64,000 bases of DNA from a virus (IMGVR_UViG_3300027741_000027:72022-136021); one strand, 5' to 3'; numbered from the stretch's first letter, positions 1 through 8,108 are shown. Made by a program: numbers and translations. Notes: a model not told the origin generated them from the sequence alone.

Positions 1-80
1 TTATACACATAGCGCATTGGAACAACCGTCCGGGGATTGCTCTGGCAGGCCAATGGCACAAAGAAAGTAAAAGGAAATAT

Positions 81-1025
81 ATGTCTTATCCATATAACGC
101 TCTAGCCGTACTCGGTGGATTTGGTGTTACACTAAGCCAAACAACCATTGCTAAGGATACCGTAACAGTCACATCTGGTATCTATGATGATCGTAATGTT
201 CTAAGTGATGCATCGTATGTTTATGTTGCAGGTGCAGCCGTTTCAACAGCGGCGATTACTCTTGCAGCCACTGGTTACAAGCGTATCGACCTCGTTGTTT
301 ATGAAACATCAACAGCTAATACCAAGGGTTTCAAGGTTGTAACAGGTACTGCGGTTTTGGCCGCAGCCACCGCCGTTGCTCCACAGCCTACTAATACTCA
401 GGTTGCCATTGCACAGATTCCTGTCACTGCCGCAGCTATTGGTAGTCCGATTGATGCACGTTGTTTCCCATCATACATTGCCGTTCGTGCGTTTAATCGC
501 TCGCAGGCAGTTCGTATTGGTGGTCAGAAGGTTCTTACGGGAGCTAGTAGCTACATTGATACTGATGATCCAAAGGTTCGTAAAGAGCTTGCTTATCACT
601 CATCGATTGGTGCGGTTTATACTACCGGACCCGTTTCAAACTCTGGTAATGGTGTTTCAGTAAGAAATAACACTGGCCTTAAGGTCACATTGACTTACTC
701 CTCACCTAACTTCACTGCTGCTGTTGCCGCTGGTGAAATTTTTAACCGTGAGACCTCTACTATTACTACCGTTACAGGTGCAAATGCTACTACTACTGGC
801 CTTGTTGCCGGAACAGGTAACCTTCGTGCCGACATTGTTTGGGTTGACAACTATGACGCTTCCGTTGGTGTAACAGCAGGAACTGCTGCTGCTACCGGAA
901 CTCAGGTTGTTCCATTCTCAAGCGTACCTGCTAATAAGACCCCGATTGCTGTTATTATTTACCCAGCAGCGGCTTCTGCTGCATCTGATGCGACTGTCAT
1001 TGACATTCGTCCATTAAACAGCTAG
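81..1025 (+). CDS. Virion structural protein, Ala/Thr/Val-rich, with internal duplication
   Basis: 314 aa; two similar halves (RIDLVVY...KVVTGTA...IA.I.V.AAA...D.R and RADIVWV...GVTAGTA...IAVI.YPAAA...DIRP); AAGGA RBS upstream; followed by a terminator. Confidence 0.6.
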   Translation: MSYPYNALAVLGGFGVTLSQTTIAKDTVTVTSGIYDDRNVLSDASYVYVAGAAVSTAAITLAATGYKRIDLVVYETSTANTKGFKVVTGTAVLAAATAVAPQPTNTQVAIAQIPVTAAAIGSPIDARCFPSYIAVRAFNRSQAVRIGGQKVLTGASSYIDTDDPKVRKELAYHSSIGAVYTTGPVSNSGNGVSVRNNTGLKVTLTYSSPNFTAAVAAGEIFNRETSTITTVTGANATTTGLVAGTGNLRADIVWVDNYDASVGVTAGTAAATGTQVVPFSSVPANKTPIAVIIYPAAASAASDATVIDIRPLNS

Positions 1026-1044
1026 CAGTTAGCATTAACTAATG

Positions 1045-1077
1045 ATAAGGGCCGCTATATGCGGCCCTTATTTATTT
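1045..1077. terminator. Intrinsic terminator, probably bidirectional
   Basis: ATAAGGGCCGC-tatat-GCGGCCCTTAT perfect hairpin with T tract, between convergent genes. Confidence 0.8.
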
Positions 1078-1221
1078 TTGCTTAATATGCCAAGCCTTGC
1101 ATTTGCGGCATTTGAAAAAATCCCATCTGCCAATATGATTAAATGCTTCATAAGCGGCAGCATAAGCGGACGCATATTTAATTCCGCACTTGCGGCCTTT
1201 AAATGCTTGGATGATGCCCAT
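1072..1221 (-). CDS. Small Zn-finger-like protein (49 aa, not in ORF track)
   Basis: Manual translation MGIIQAFKGRKCGIKYASAYAAAYEAFNHIGRWDFFKCRKCKAWHIKQK; C..CxxC..WH pattern common in phage small proteins; start overlaps the end of the upstream gene. Confidence 0.6.
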   Translation of the reverse strand: MGIIQAFKGRKCGIKYASAYAAAYEAFNHIGRWDFFKCRKCKAWHIKQK

Positions 1222-3142
1222 TTTTAAATGACCAGCCTGCGCCCATATCTTCTACAAGAGTAAGGGGAACTGGGCGATTGCCTGTGCTTCTTTGAACAAT
1301 CTGCGCCCAATCTCCGGGTTCAGGTGGGCGCTGGCCGCCCGCTGCACGAATAGCAACTAACCATTTTCCATCTGGGCCTTTAACAAATCCGCCAGAGGTA
1401 TAAACTTCCCTACCCTCTTGGCCCTCTGGGACTTGAACTGGCTCAGGCTCAGGTACAGCATTGTACTGCTTAAAGTTCCAAATGTTCTTTGTATCAGAGG
1501 CTCGATCTGTAAGAATAACTTTAGATGGGTAGTTTCTATCTCTTGTCACGGTTACCATGTCGCCCGATTGAGGTGGCGTTTGTCCCTCTTGTAATTCAAC
1601 AAGGACTGCCCAAACTGGACGAGACCATCCTGTAAGGCTCATAAACCTACCAGTATACTCTTCGCCATTAGCGCCAATGCGAGGATCTAAACCTTCATCT
1701 GGACCAAGCGGTTTTTCTACGGGGTGTTTTACAGTTGGAGCATTAAAAGCATTTTCAAGATTTGCTTGTGATGATGAATCGGGTTTGATAGATGTGACCT
1801 TTTTAATAAAATTGAGAATGTCTAACACAATAGGTTGCATAATTTCTGTTAATTGTGTTAACATTTGTTGAAGTTGCTCTTGGCTCATTTTGCCCGCTTC
1901 CGCCATTATTTCGGACGGGTTCATACCAATAGCCCCATCAAATATTTTAGAGCGCTCTAACATGGTGTACACGGTCTCCGATGCAAAAAGCGAATTAAAT
2001 AATTGAAACAAGTTGGTCGTTGAAAGCGATACAAATGCGTTACACGCTTGAATCATTTGACTATATTCCGATCCAGAAAATCTAAAAACTGGATTGCCCT
2101 GTTCGTCCCTTGATACAATATTAGAATTTAAAAACTCTTCGGGTAGTAATTCATAAGCCTCTGCCCATTGAAAGAAGATATCGGCGGAATTTAATTCATT
2201 TCCATTTTTATCAATTGGGATAGTATAATATTGGTTATCTAATGATTCAGCGCCAGTATGAGGCCCAAGTGGATGCTCTACGGCAGGCATATTAAATTGT
2301 TTTTCAAGCATATTTATTTGACCAGCAGGGGTAGCGGGAGGAATTGAGTGAGGGATGTCATCCCATTCATCTTCATCTTCATCATCAATATCAGGACCGT
2401 AACCAGTATCCGCCCAAGCGGAATTGCACTGATTGCAGCGCCAGTCGCCATCATTGTCAAGGCTAAGCCACCCATCGCAAGCAGGGCAGCGCCACTGACG
2501 AAAACCTGATGGAAGTTCCATATCTGGGGCAGGATTTTCTTCATATTGCCAGCCTTCAAAAAGAGAAGGGCGAGATTCACCTTCAGGATTATATTCAGGG
2601 GCTTCAGATAGCTCTGGCACTTCGCCAAATATATCTTCGGCCTGACTGCCCATTGGGTTCTCGCCCTCTGCAAGGCCCTCTGGATTCTTTTCCATAGTAG
2701 GAATGTTTTCAAGATCAGCCATAGAGCTTGGCTCTGGCGTAGCTTCAAACATAGCATCTCCTGCAATTGCCATATCATCTAGGCCCGATCCGCTCTCATC
2801 AACAATAGACCCCCATTGATTAATAAATTCAGTTTCGCCAAGCTCTTCATAAAGATCCCAAGTTTGATTATAAGCGTTAATGAGCGTATCAAGCTCTTCT
2901 GCATTTAATCTAATTGTATTATCATCGCTAGAAATAGCATTAGCAATGTAATCTGTTAAAGGATTAAGCTTCTCTTGATCAACGCCTAGCAGAATAGAAG
3001 CAAACTGGATAATGGACAAAAGACCCATAAGCCCTTCGCGGTTTTTAAAATTAATAGTGTAGTAAGTGTTCTCTTTCTCACTATCTGCCTTTTTGCGAAT
3101 AGGCTCATCATCGGAGCCGTCAAATAAAGAAAAGTGTCGCAT
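1199..3142 (-). CDS. Multidomain hypothetical protein with acidic region, Zn ribbon and two C-terminal beta-domain repeats
   Basis: 647 aa; CPACD...CNQC Zn ribbon; two ~60-aa repeats G.F....G.W.V....PP..GD....WxF. Confidence 0.75.
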   Translation of the reverse strand: MRHFSLFDGSDDEPIRKKADSEKENTYYTINFKNREGLMGLLSIIQFASILLGVDQEKLNPLTDYIANAISSDDNTIRLNAEELDTLINAYNQTWDLYEELGETEFINQWGSIVDESGSGLDDMAIAGDAMFEATPEPSSMADLENIPTMEKNPEGLAEGENPMGSQAEDIFGEVPELSEAPEYNPEGESRPSLFEGWQYEENPAPDMELPSGFRQWRCPACDGWLSLDNDGDWRCNQCNSAWADTGYGPDIDDEDEDEWDDIPHSIPPATPAGQINMLEKQFNMPAVEHPLGPHTGAESLDNQYYTIPIDKNGNELNSADIFFQWAEAYELLPEEFLNSNIVSRDEQGNPVFRFSGSEYSQMIQACNAFVSLSTTNLFQLFNSLFASETVYTMLERSKIFDGAIGMNPSEIMAEAGKMSQEQLQQMLTQLTEIMQPIVLDILNFIKKVTSIKPDSSSQANLENAFNAPTVKHPVEKPLGPDEGLDPRIGANGEEYTGRFMSLTGWSRPVWAVLVELQEGQTPPQSGDMVTVTRDRNYPSKVILTDRASDTKNIWNFKQYNAVPEPEPVQVPEGQEGREVYTSGGFVKGPDGKWLVAIRAAGGQRPPEPGDWAQIVQRSTGNRPVPLTLVEDMGAGWSFKNGHHPSI

Positions 3143-4056
3143 TAGTATTCAGGCATTGTTGGAATATCATCCAGCCCTGATCCGGCTGCATCATATTCTG
3201 CTGTTTTAAGTGCTTCTAAAGCCTCTAGGATTTGAGCGCCCTGAGGATTGCTTTCCCCAACTTGATTTAGGAAAACCCTTAAAGCGCCGGTAATGTTAGA
3301 AAGCTGCTCTCCGGTAAGTCTAAGAGTGTAATAAGAGCTTCCAAGGTTATCATTAGACTGATGGTGCCAGCCAAGATGCTCATCAGGAATACTGGAGCGA
3401 TCAATTGACACAGCGTTCTCGCTATAAGCCATGTGCTTATTTGCGGAAATAGAAGCCTCAATGATCTCTTGAACCTGATTCATGATCTCTTGATGCGGAA
3501 CGCCTGCGTCTCGCATATGCTTAATTAGCTCGCGCAGTTTATTGTTTAGCTCAGGCTTGACGCTAGCGTAATCTTCGTCAGTGAACTCTTCGTTGCCAAA
3601 ATTGCTCTTTTTAAGTCGTTTATCCATAGCTTCCTCTATATCCTTAATGCTTGGAGCCACTTCACTCTCAGGTACCCCTCCGGCAATCATTTGCTCTCTA
3701 AGAACATCATTAAGGGTTTTATCAAGTTTATAGCTCATACTAGTTAACCTTTCGGATTCGCCTGAATTACTGTCGGCTACAGGCTCAAAAGTCCACCAAG
3801 AATAAAGTTCGTCCCTGCCAGCAGGATCGGCGGGCAGCATAGGAGGATAAATTCTTTCAAGAACACGAAAAGAATGATCTTCGCCCTTTACAGGGACAAT
3901 AACCTCTTCGCCCGGATCAGGAAACCTACTATTGCCATTTCTAGGATTAATGCCGATTTGAACGAGCCAAGTGCCATCGGGCTGCTTGCTAAATCCTCCA
4001 AGCAGCCTTTGGTCTCTAAATCGGTCAAAAGGTGTTTTCCATTCAATTTTAGCCAT
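3142..4056 (-). CDS. Hypothetical protein with N-terminal copy of the same beta-domain
   Basis: 304 aa; GGFSKQPDGTWLVQI...PDPGEEV...WWTF; leaderless promoter directly upstream. Confidence 0.75.
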   Translation of the reverse strand: MAKIEWKTPFDRFRDQRLLGGFSKQPDGTWLVQIGINPRNGNSRFPDPGEEVIVPVKGEDHSFRVLERIYPPMLPADPAGRDELYSWWTFEPVADSNSGESERLTSMSYKLDKTLNDVLREQMIAGGVPESEVAPSIKDIEEAMDKRLKKSNFGNEEFTDEDYASVKPELNNKLRELIKHMRDAGVPHQEIMNQVQEIIEASISANKHMAYSENAVSIDRSSIPDEHLGWHHQSNDNLGSSYYTLRLTGEQLSNITGALRVFLNQVGESNPQGAQILEALEALKTAEYDAAGSGLDDIPTMPEY

Positions 4057-4062
4057 CTAGGT

Positions 4063-4071
4063 ATTATACCA
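4063..4071 (-). promoter_or_regulatory. Extended -10 promoter, leaderless, for 3142..4056
   Basis: TGG-TATAAT followed by 6 nt then ATG at 4056. Confidence 0.65.
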
Positions 4072-4168
4072 ATGCTTTTTAGAAAAAACCAACCCTCTCG
4101 CGCAAACTCAAGCGATTTCAGTTTTGATTATTGCGTATTTAATAATTAGTTACAAATGGTGATTGTTA

Positions 4169-4177
4169 TGCTATACT
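4169..4177 (+). promoter_or_regulatory. Extended -10 promoter, leaderless, for 4184..4429
   Basis: TGC-TATACT followed by 6 nt then ATG at 4184. Confidence 0.65.
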
Positions 4178-4183
4178 CAAAGG

Positions 4184-4429
4184 ATGAATAAAACACTAAA
4201 GCAAGATTCCGGAGCTAGGTTTGTCCGAAGGCAAGGCAAATGGTTCATTGAGATTCCATTTGAGCCGAAGGGGTGGCATCCAGTTGCGAATCGAACAATA
4301 TATGTCCGAAGGAAAGACCGAAAGCATGTCGGGGTAATTCTGAAGGAAAAGGTAGATCAGACAGAATACGGCAACATATGGAGCTTTAAGAAGGGATACA
4401 ATGGCATAGGCGTCATCAGAGGCCCGTAG
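4184..4429 (+). CDS. Stand-alone copy of the repeated beta-domain (81 aa)
   Basis: GARFVRRQGKWFIEIP...HP...IYVRRK...VILKE...IWSF; start revised from 4163 using promoter position. Confidence 0.7.
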   Translation: MNKTLKQDSGARFVRRQGKWFIEIPFEPKGWHPVANRTIYVRRKDRKHVGVILKEKVDQTEYGNIWSFKKGYNGIGVIRGP

Positions 4430-4597
4430 AAGCCAATCTAAAAAGCCTGCTCCGCAGGCGGGCAAGATTGGGCGAATTAGGGCTTGTGTTTTTTAGAAGC
4501 GCCTTTATCGCGCAGAGACTGCTTGTACTTCTTGAATTTAGCTTCATACGATGCTTTTTTATTATTATTTTCTTTTTTCTTTTCCATATTATTTATA

Positions 4598-4745
4598 GTA
4601 CCGGAAAAGGGACCCATTATATTTTAGGTACCAAAAGGGGACCCGCAACAACAGTAACTTGCAACACGCAAACACCCTATAGGAAAAAATTATATTATTT
4701 TTTCAAAAGTTTACGATTGCCTAGCAAGGCAAAAGGGGACCCATT
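4598..4745 (+). repeat. Three copies of AAAAGG(G)GACCC in a non-coding segment
   Basis: Copies near 4605, 4633 and 4731 in an interval with no credible ORF. Confidence 0.6.
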
Positions 4746-4927
4746 ACTTTCTGTCGAAAGTAAGCCCGTAAGCAAAATCCCCCGCCTAGGGGGATAAAAA
4801 GAAGACTGCGGGTTACCCTATCCCCAGCTACAATAGGGACTCCTAAAGATCCTCAGGCTTTACCATACCTTTACTATTGGTATGATAGTGGGGGCGGGGC
4901 TGCTATGCCCCACCCTTTACCATCTCT

Positions 4928-5200
4928 TTACTTGCGGTCTACGTTCACGCTCAGGTCGAACGCTGCGTTAATCATGTTGATGGCCTCACGCAGCATGTCG
5001 TCTACTGCGTCTACTGCATCTCTGCGTTGGTCGTGCTGGATAGTGATAGGGTGCCACTCATTCTTCTCTGTGTCCTTGATGTAGTCTGTCTCGTCAAGGC
5101 TATGAACCAACGCCCATGTTTCCTGCTGTGCATCATGCACCATATCTAGGATGTTGTTGAGGCATGTTGTTGGGTCGTGGATGATCTTGGTCTTTGGCAT
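4928..5200 (-). CDS. Hypothetical early protein (90 aa)
   Basis: MPKTKIIHDP...; RBS GAGG and promoter at 5232-5264 indicate start at 5200 rather than 5314. Confidence 0.7.
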   Translation of the reverse strand: MPKTKIIHDPTTCLNNILDMVHDAQQETWALVHSLDETDYIKDTEKNEWHPITIQHDQRRDAVDAVDDMLREAINMINAAFDLSVNVDRK

Positions 5201-5231
5201 TTGGCCGTTCCTCTCATTGGTTGATGGAATC

Positions 5232-5264
5232 ATCTTAGCAGGTGCTAGGTAAAGTAAAGGTAAA
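5232..5264 (-). promoter_or_regulatory. Early promoter with TTTAC-N6-TTTAC box (8-nt class)
   Basis: TTTAC-N6-TTTAC-N8-TGC-TAAGAT on minus strand. Confidence 0.75.
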
Positions 5265-5267
5265 GCT

Positions 5268-5507
5268 TTATGATCCCCAACCGCGAGCCTGACCATACGG
5301 ATCATTGACTTCACGGTATAGGCGCTGTTCTGCCTGCTCCTGAGCGTCTGCGGCGGCGGCGGCAGGGTCAGCGGCCTGTAGTGCTTCCTTTTTTGCCTGA
5401 GCGTCTCTAAGACGCTTTAGGGCTTCATCGTATGCCTGTTGATCCTGTGCGCGTCTCATATCGAACGCTGCATCAGTCATCAGGTTTCTATAATCATTGA
5501 TTGTCAT
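5268..5507 (-). CDS. Hypothetical helical early protein (79 aa), leaderless
   Basis: ATG lies 6 nt after the -10 hexamer TAGGAT. Confidence 0.75.
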   Translation of the reverse strand: MTINDYRNLMTDAAFDMRRAQDQQAYDEALKRLRDAQAKKEALQAADPAAAAADAQEQAEQRLYREVNDPYGQARGWGS

Positions 5508-5513
5508 GGATTC

Positions 5514-5546
5514 ATCCTAGCAGGTCGAAGGTAAAGGAAAGGCAAA
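5514..5546 (-). promoter_or_regulatory. Early promoter with box (8-nt class)
   Basis: TTTGC-N6-TTTAC-N8-TGC-TAGGAT. Confidence 0.75.
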
Positions 5547-5651
5547 ACATCTGTTGCATGTTGTGCAACACGATCCATCTGGTCCTTCCCGCCCACCCTG
5601 TAAGTGTATCGCCATCCGGCGGCGGCAAGAGTAAAGATATGGCAAAAGATT

Positions 5652-5676
5652 GGAGGGGGCGATTGGCACCCCCTCC
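5652..5676. terminator. GC-rich hairpin, probable terminator
   Basis: GGAGGGGGC-gattg-GCACCCCCTCC downstream of 5688..5957. Confidence 0.5.
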
Positions 5677-5687
5677 GCTCTTGCTTG

Positions 5688-5957
5688 CTACGCTTTTGCT
5701 GCGAACCTGCGGCCCTTGTCTGTCAGGCCGTAGTAGTGGGCAGGGCGGCCACGCTTCTCGCTCTTGACCTTGCCTGTGATCTTGACCAGACCGGCCTTCT
5801 GCATCCGTGTCATAAATGACGGGGCAACCTCAAGGCTCATGGCCGTTGCTTGGCCCTTCTGTGCCTTGATTGCTGCCATTACAGTGGCGGCGTTGGCCTC
5901 ACCGAAGATTGTGCGGTGGTGCTTGGTGGTCTTGGTGGTTGTCTTGGTTGATGGCAT
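5688..5957 (-). CDS. Winged helix-turn-helix DNA-binding protein
   Basis: MPSTKTT... with ...RMQKAGLVKITGKVKSEKRGRPAHYYGLTDKG, a typical wHTH recognition helix and wing; RBS AAGGAG sets start at 5957. Confidence 0.65.
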   Translation of the reverse strand: MPSTKTTTKTTKHHRTIFGEANAATVMAAIKAQKGQATAMSLEVAPSFMTRMQKAGLVKITGKVKSEKRGRPAHYYGLTDKGRRFAAKA

Positions 5958-5997
5958 TTGGATTATCTCCTTGTTGGTTGATTGCCTTGTGTTACAC

Positions 5998-6041
5998 ACT
6001 GTATCAAATGATTTGATATTGAAAGGTAAAAGGTAAGTAAA
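5998..6041 (-). promoter_or_regulatory. Early promoter with box (18/19-nt class)
   Basis: TTTAC-N6-TTTAC-N19-TGA-TACAGT. Confidence 0.7.
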
Positions 6042-6053
6042 ATTTAGTCTTCG

Positions 6054-6248
6054 TCAAACGGGCATATTCTTTACGCCGTACTGAATCGCCATCTGTAACC
6101 AATTCCAGTGAAGGGGGGCGTAAAGCTCTTGCGTTCTCTGGCAAGAATGGCGTAATCCGCAATTCCCGAATGGCATATGCCAATTGCCTTCTTCGCTGCT
6201 ACTCCAATGTTCATACGGAGTCGGAGTCTTCTTTTTGTTGGGGTGCAT
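6054..6248 (-). CDS. Hypothetical early protein (64 aa)
   Basis: MHPNKKKTPT...; RBS AGGAG; promoter at 6277-6309. Confidence 0.6.
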   Translation of the reverse strand: MHPNKKKTPTPYEHWSSSEEGNWHMPFGNCGLRHSCQRTQELYAPLHWNWLQMAIQYGVKNMPV

Positions 6249-6276
6249 TCTTATCTCCTGATTGGTTGATAGAGTC

Positions 6277-6309
6277 ATACTATCAGGTGCTAAGTAAAGA
6301 AAAAGTAAA
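6277..6309 (-). promoter_or_regulatory. Early promoter with box (8-nt class)
   Basis: TTTAC-N6-TTTAC-N8-TGA-TAGTAT. Confidence 0.7.
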
Positions 6310-6354
6310 ACTTTCCCAATGCTTTTTACTGCCTTGTCCTCCCGCCCGCCCATC

Positions 6355-6397
6355 ATTATAACGACAGGCGGCGGGGCGCAAGCAAAGGTTAGGTAAA
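6355..6397 (-). promoter_or_regulatory. Promoter with box (18-nt class)
   Basis: TTTAC-N6-TTTGC-N18-CGT-TATAAT. Confidence 0.55.
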
Positions 6398-6448
6398 GGG
6401 TGGAGGGGGCATTTCAGCCCCCTCCGTGCCGCTCAACCAAACGGCAAA

Positions 6449-6709
6449 CTATGAAATCTCGTCCTGAAGCTCCCAAATCTCGATCTGATCGGGGTTCTGA
6501 GTCTGGAGGTTGGCAAAGTAATCGCCAATCGCCTCGTAGATCACGCGGCCCAGATCATCTTCGTTGATCTCTGACTCGTCTGGCGTGAACGGTGTCTTAG
6601 GCACCGCTACCAGAATCAGGCAATCTTCGTGAGCTTCTGCGTCCTGAGCAAGCTCATAGAAAGACTTAGGTGCTGCTTCGATCTTGTTACGACGGTTAAA
6701 GAACTTCAT
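6449..6709 (-). CDS. Acidic hypothetical early protein (86 aa)
   Basis: ORF with AAGGAG RBS and promoter at 6744-6786. Confidence 0.75.
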   Translation of the reverse strand: MKFFNRRNKIEAAPKSFYELAQDAEAHEDCLILVAVPKTPFTPDESEINEDDLGRVIYEAIGDYFANLQTQNPDQIEIWELQDEIS

Positions 6710-6743
6710 GTGATTCTCCTTCGGTTGATTTACTGTGTTTCAC

Positions 6744-6786
6744 ACTCTAGCAGGTCAATTGGAGCTAAAGGTAAAGGAATGGCAAA
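6744..6786 (-). promoter_or_regulatory. Early promoter with box (18-nt class)
   Basis: TTTGC-N6-TTTAC-N18-TGC-TAGAGT. Confidence 0.75.
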
Positions 6787-6799
6787 ACATTAAATTTGA

Positions 6800-6848
6800 T
6801 AAAGAAAGGGCCGGGATTGGGGAACTGTGAAATTCCTCTCCCGGCCCT
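6800..6848 (-). terminator. Intrinsic terminator
   Basis: AGGGCCGGGA...TCCCGGCCCT stem followed by TTCTTT on minus strand. Confidence 0.6.
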
Positions 6849-7112
6849 AACTGTCGCATATGCTGGCTATACCTGCTCAGTGCGCCTATCTTCTGAGTCA
6901 GTCGGCTTTATAGCTGCCTTATCGCTGGACACTCTCTACTTTGAGTTCCGAACCCATGATAGCTGTATAGTCGTCTATCCACTGCACTCGCACCTATGTT
7001 AGCGTGGCATCTCATCACGGTCTGTTTTACGAGATTGCTACCGACTCTCGTTAGTCCTCTAACCGACCGTCGCCGGTCTGACTACATGGCCGATGGGCTA
7101 GCTCCATCAACA
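6800..7112 (-). ncRNA. Candidate ~300-nt structured non-coding RNA
   Basis: Own promoter (TTGACT-17-TATAGT), own terminator, no credible ORF on the sense strand, consecutive hairpins including a GCGA tetraloop. Confidence 0.5.
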
Positions 7113-7118
7113 AGAACA

Positions 7119-7163
7119 ACTATACAGATGGCCCCATATGAAGTCAAGTAAAGGTTTAGTAAA
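7119..7163 (-). promoter_or_regulatory. Sigma70-type promoter abutted by TTTAC box pair
   Basis: TTTAC-N6-TTTAC-TTGACT-17 nt-TATAGT. Confidence 0.75.
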
Positions 7164-7211
7164 GGATTTACCAATGCAATGGATGGTCTTTGTTCCGCCC
7201 TCCCACCCTTC

Positions 7212-7254
7212 ATTATAGCAACAAAACCAATACGAAAAGTAAAGGTTTTGCAAA
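7212..7254 (-). promoter_or_regulatory. Promoter with box (18-nt class)
   Basis: TTTGC-N6-TTTAC-N18-TGC-TATAAT. Confidence 0.75.
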
Positions 7255-7453
7255 AAGCCTATAAAGTGGAAACAGAGAAAGGTGATGTATTCAGGGTTTT
7301 CTTTACTTTTCAGTAGTTTACCCGGATACTTTTCATATTATATAAAGGGGAATATTTTACTTTATATATATTGGTATATTTCACTAGGGATATTCTTAGT
7401 CTTTTCCCTGCAAAATAAAGGTTTTTATTTTTATAAAATAATACAATAAATTG

Positions 7454-7497
7454 ATTATATCATATTTTTTCCATTTGTCAAGTAAATATTTGGTTAA
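7454..7497 (-). promoter_or_regulatory. Sigma70-type promoter abutted by box pair
   Basis: TTAAC-N6-TTTAC-TTGACA-16 nt-TATAAT with TG extension. Confidence 0.7.
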
Positions 7498-7505
7498 TAC
7501 TTTAC

Positions 7506-7565
7506 TTATGCCTTAGCTGCACAAAATACCATCACTGCACCTACAACTGCAAATAATACGGTCAT
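7506..7565 (-). CDS. 19-aa hydrophobic peptide (not in ORF track)
   Basis: MTVLFAVVGAVMVFCAAKA; RBS GAAAGGA 3 nt before ATG. Confidence 0.55.
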   Translation of the reverse strand: MTVLFAVVGAVMVFCAAKA

Positions 7566-7581
7566 AATTCCTTTCAGATTG

Positions 7582-7640
7582 AATATTTTACTTATAAGTA
7601 TGAATACTTTACTTATGATAAGGGATATATTACTTATCAC
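7582..7640 (+). repeat. Iteron-like repeats with 21-22 bp period
   Basis: AATATTTTACTTAT (7582), AATACTTTACTTAT (7603), GATATATTACTTAT (7624); further copies near 7351 and 7496. Confidence 0.6.
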
Positions 7641-7871
7641 CTATTATATACACGGGAGGAAGTGGGGGTGAGTGGAGGGGGGTGGATAGGTGAACAACCT
7701 CACATTGAGCCATTCCATTTGGATTGAAGCACCTCACCCTGCCACCTCACAATCCTGCATTCTTCATTTTTGCTTCCCAATGCTTATCGTCAATCCATTT
7801 GTAAAACTTGAGCGAATTATCCCTCATAGACAGATATAGCTTTTCTTTTGCCTTATTTATTGTTTTCATTA

Positions 7872-8108
7872 TCATGCCCAAGCTCCCTTGTCTTTATTTC
7901 CAAATGGGCCGTTACATTCATCGCAAAAAATATAATCCTCCTCAGGGAATTTTTCTACAATTAAATGAATAGGGCCATCATAAGCAATATTATTGCAATC
8001 AGGCATACGACACTCTCTAGAAGCTGGATAATCAAATGGCGCGGTTATATGAGTGCCAAGACTACCATCTATTTGATCGTCTACTATTGGGTCTATTTCT
8101 TTATTCAT
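7872..8108 (-). CDS. Hypothetical protein with Cys motifs (78 aa)
   Basis: CRMPDC...FCDEC. Confidence 0.6.
   Translation of the reverse strand: MNKEIDPIVDDQIDGSLGTHITAPFDYPASRECRMPDCNNIAYDGPIHLIVEKFPEEDYIFCDECNGPFGNKDKGAWA

Noticed and set aside
6796-7002. 68-aa + strand ORF
   Set aside because: No RBS, antisense to a promoter-terminator unit, no recognisable motif; likely a shadow ORF
6800-7112. Group I intron, tmRNA or RNase P identity for the candidate RNA
   Set aside because: TAGTC precedes GACTA (wrong order for P7), no interrupted gene, no tRNA-like ends, no GAGGAAAGTCC
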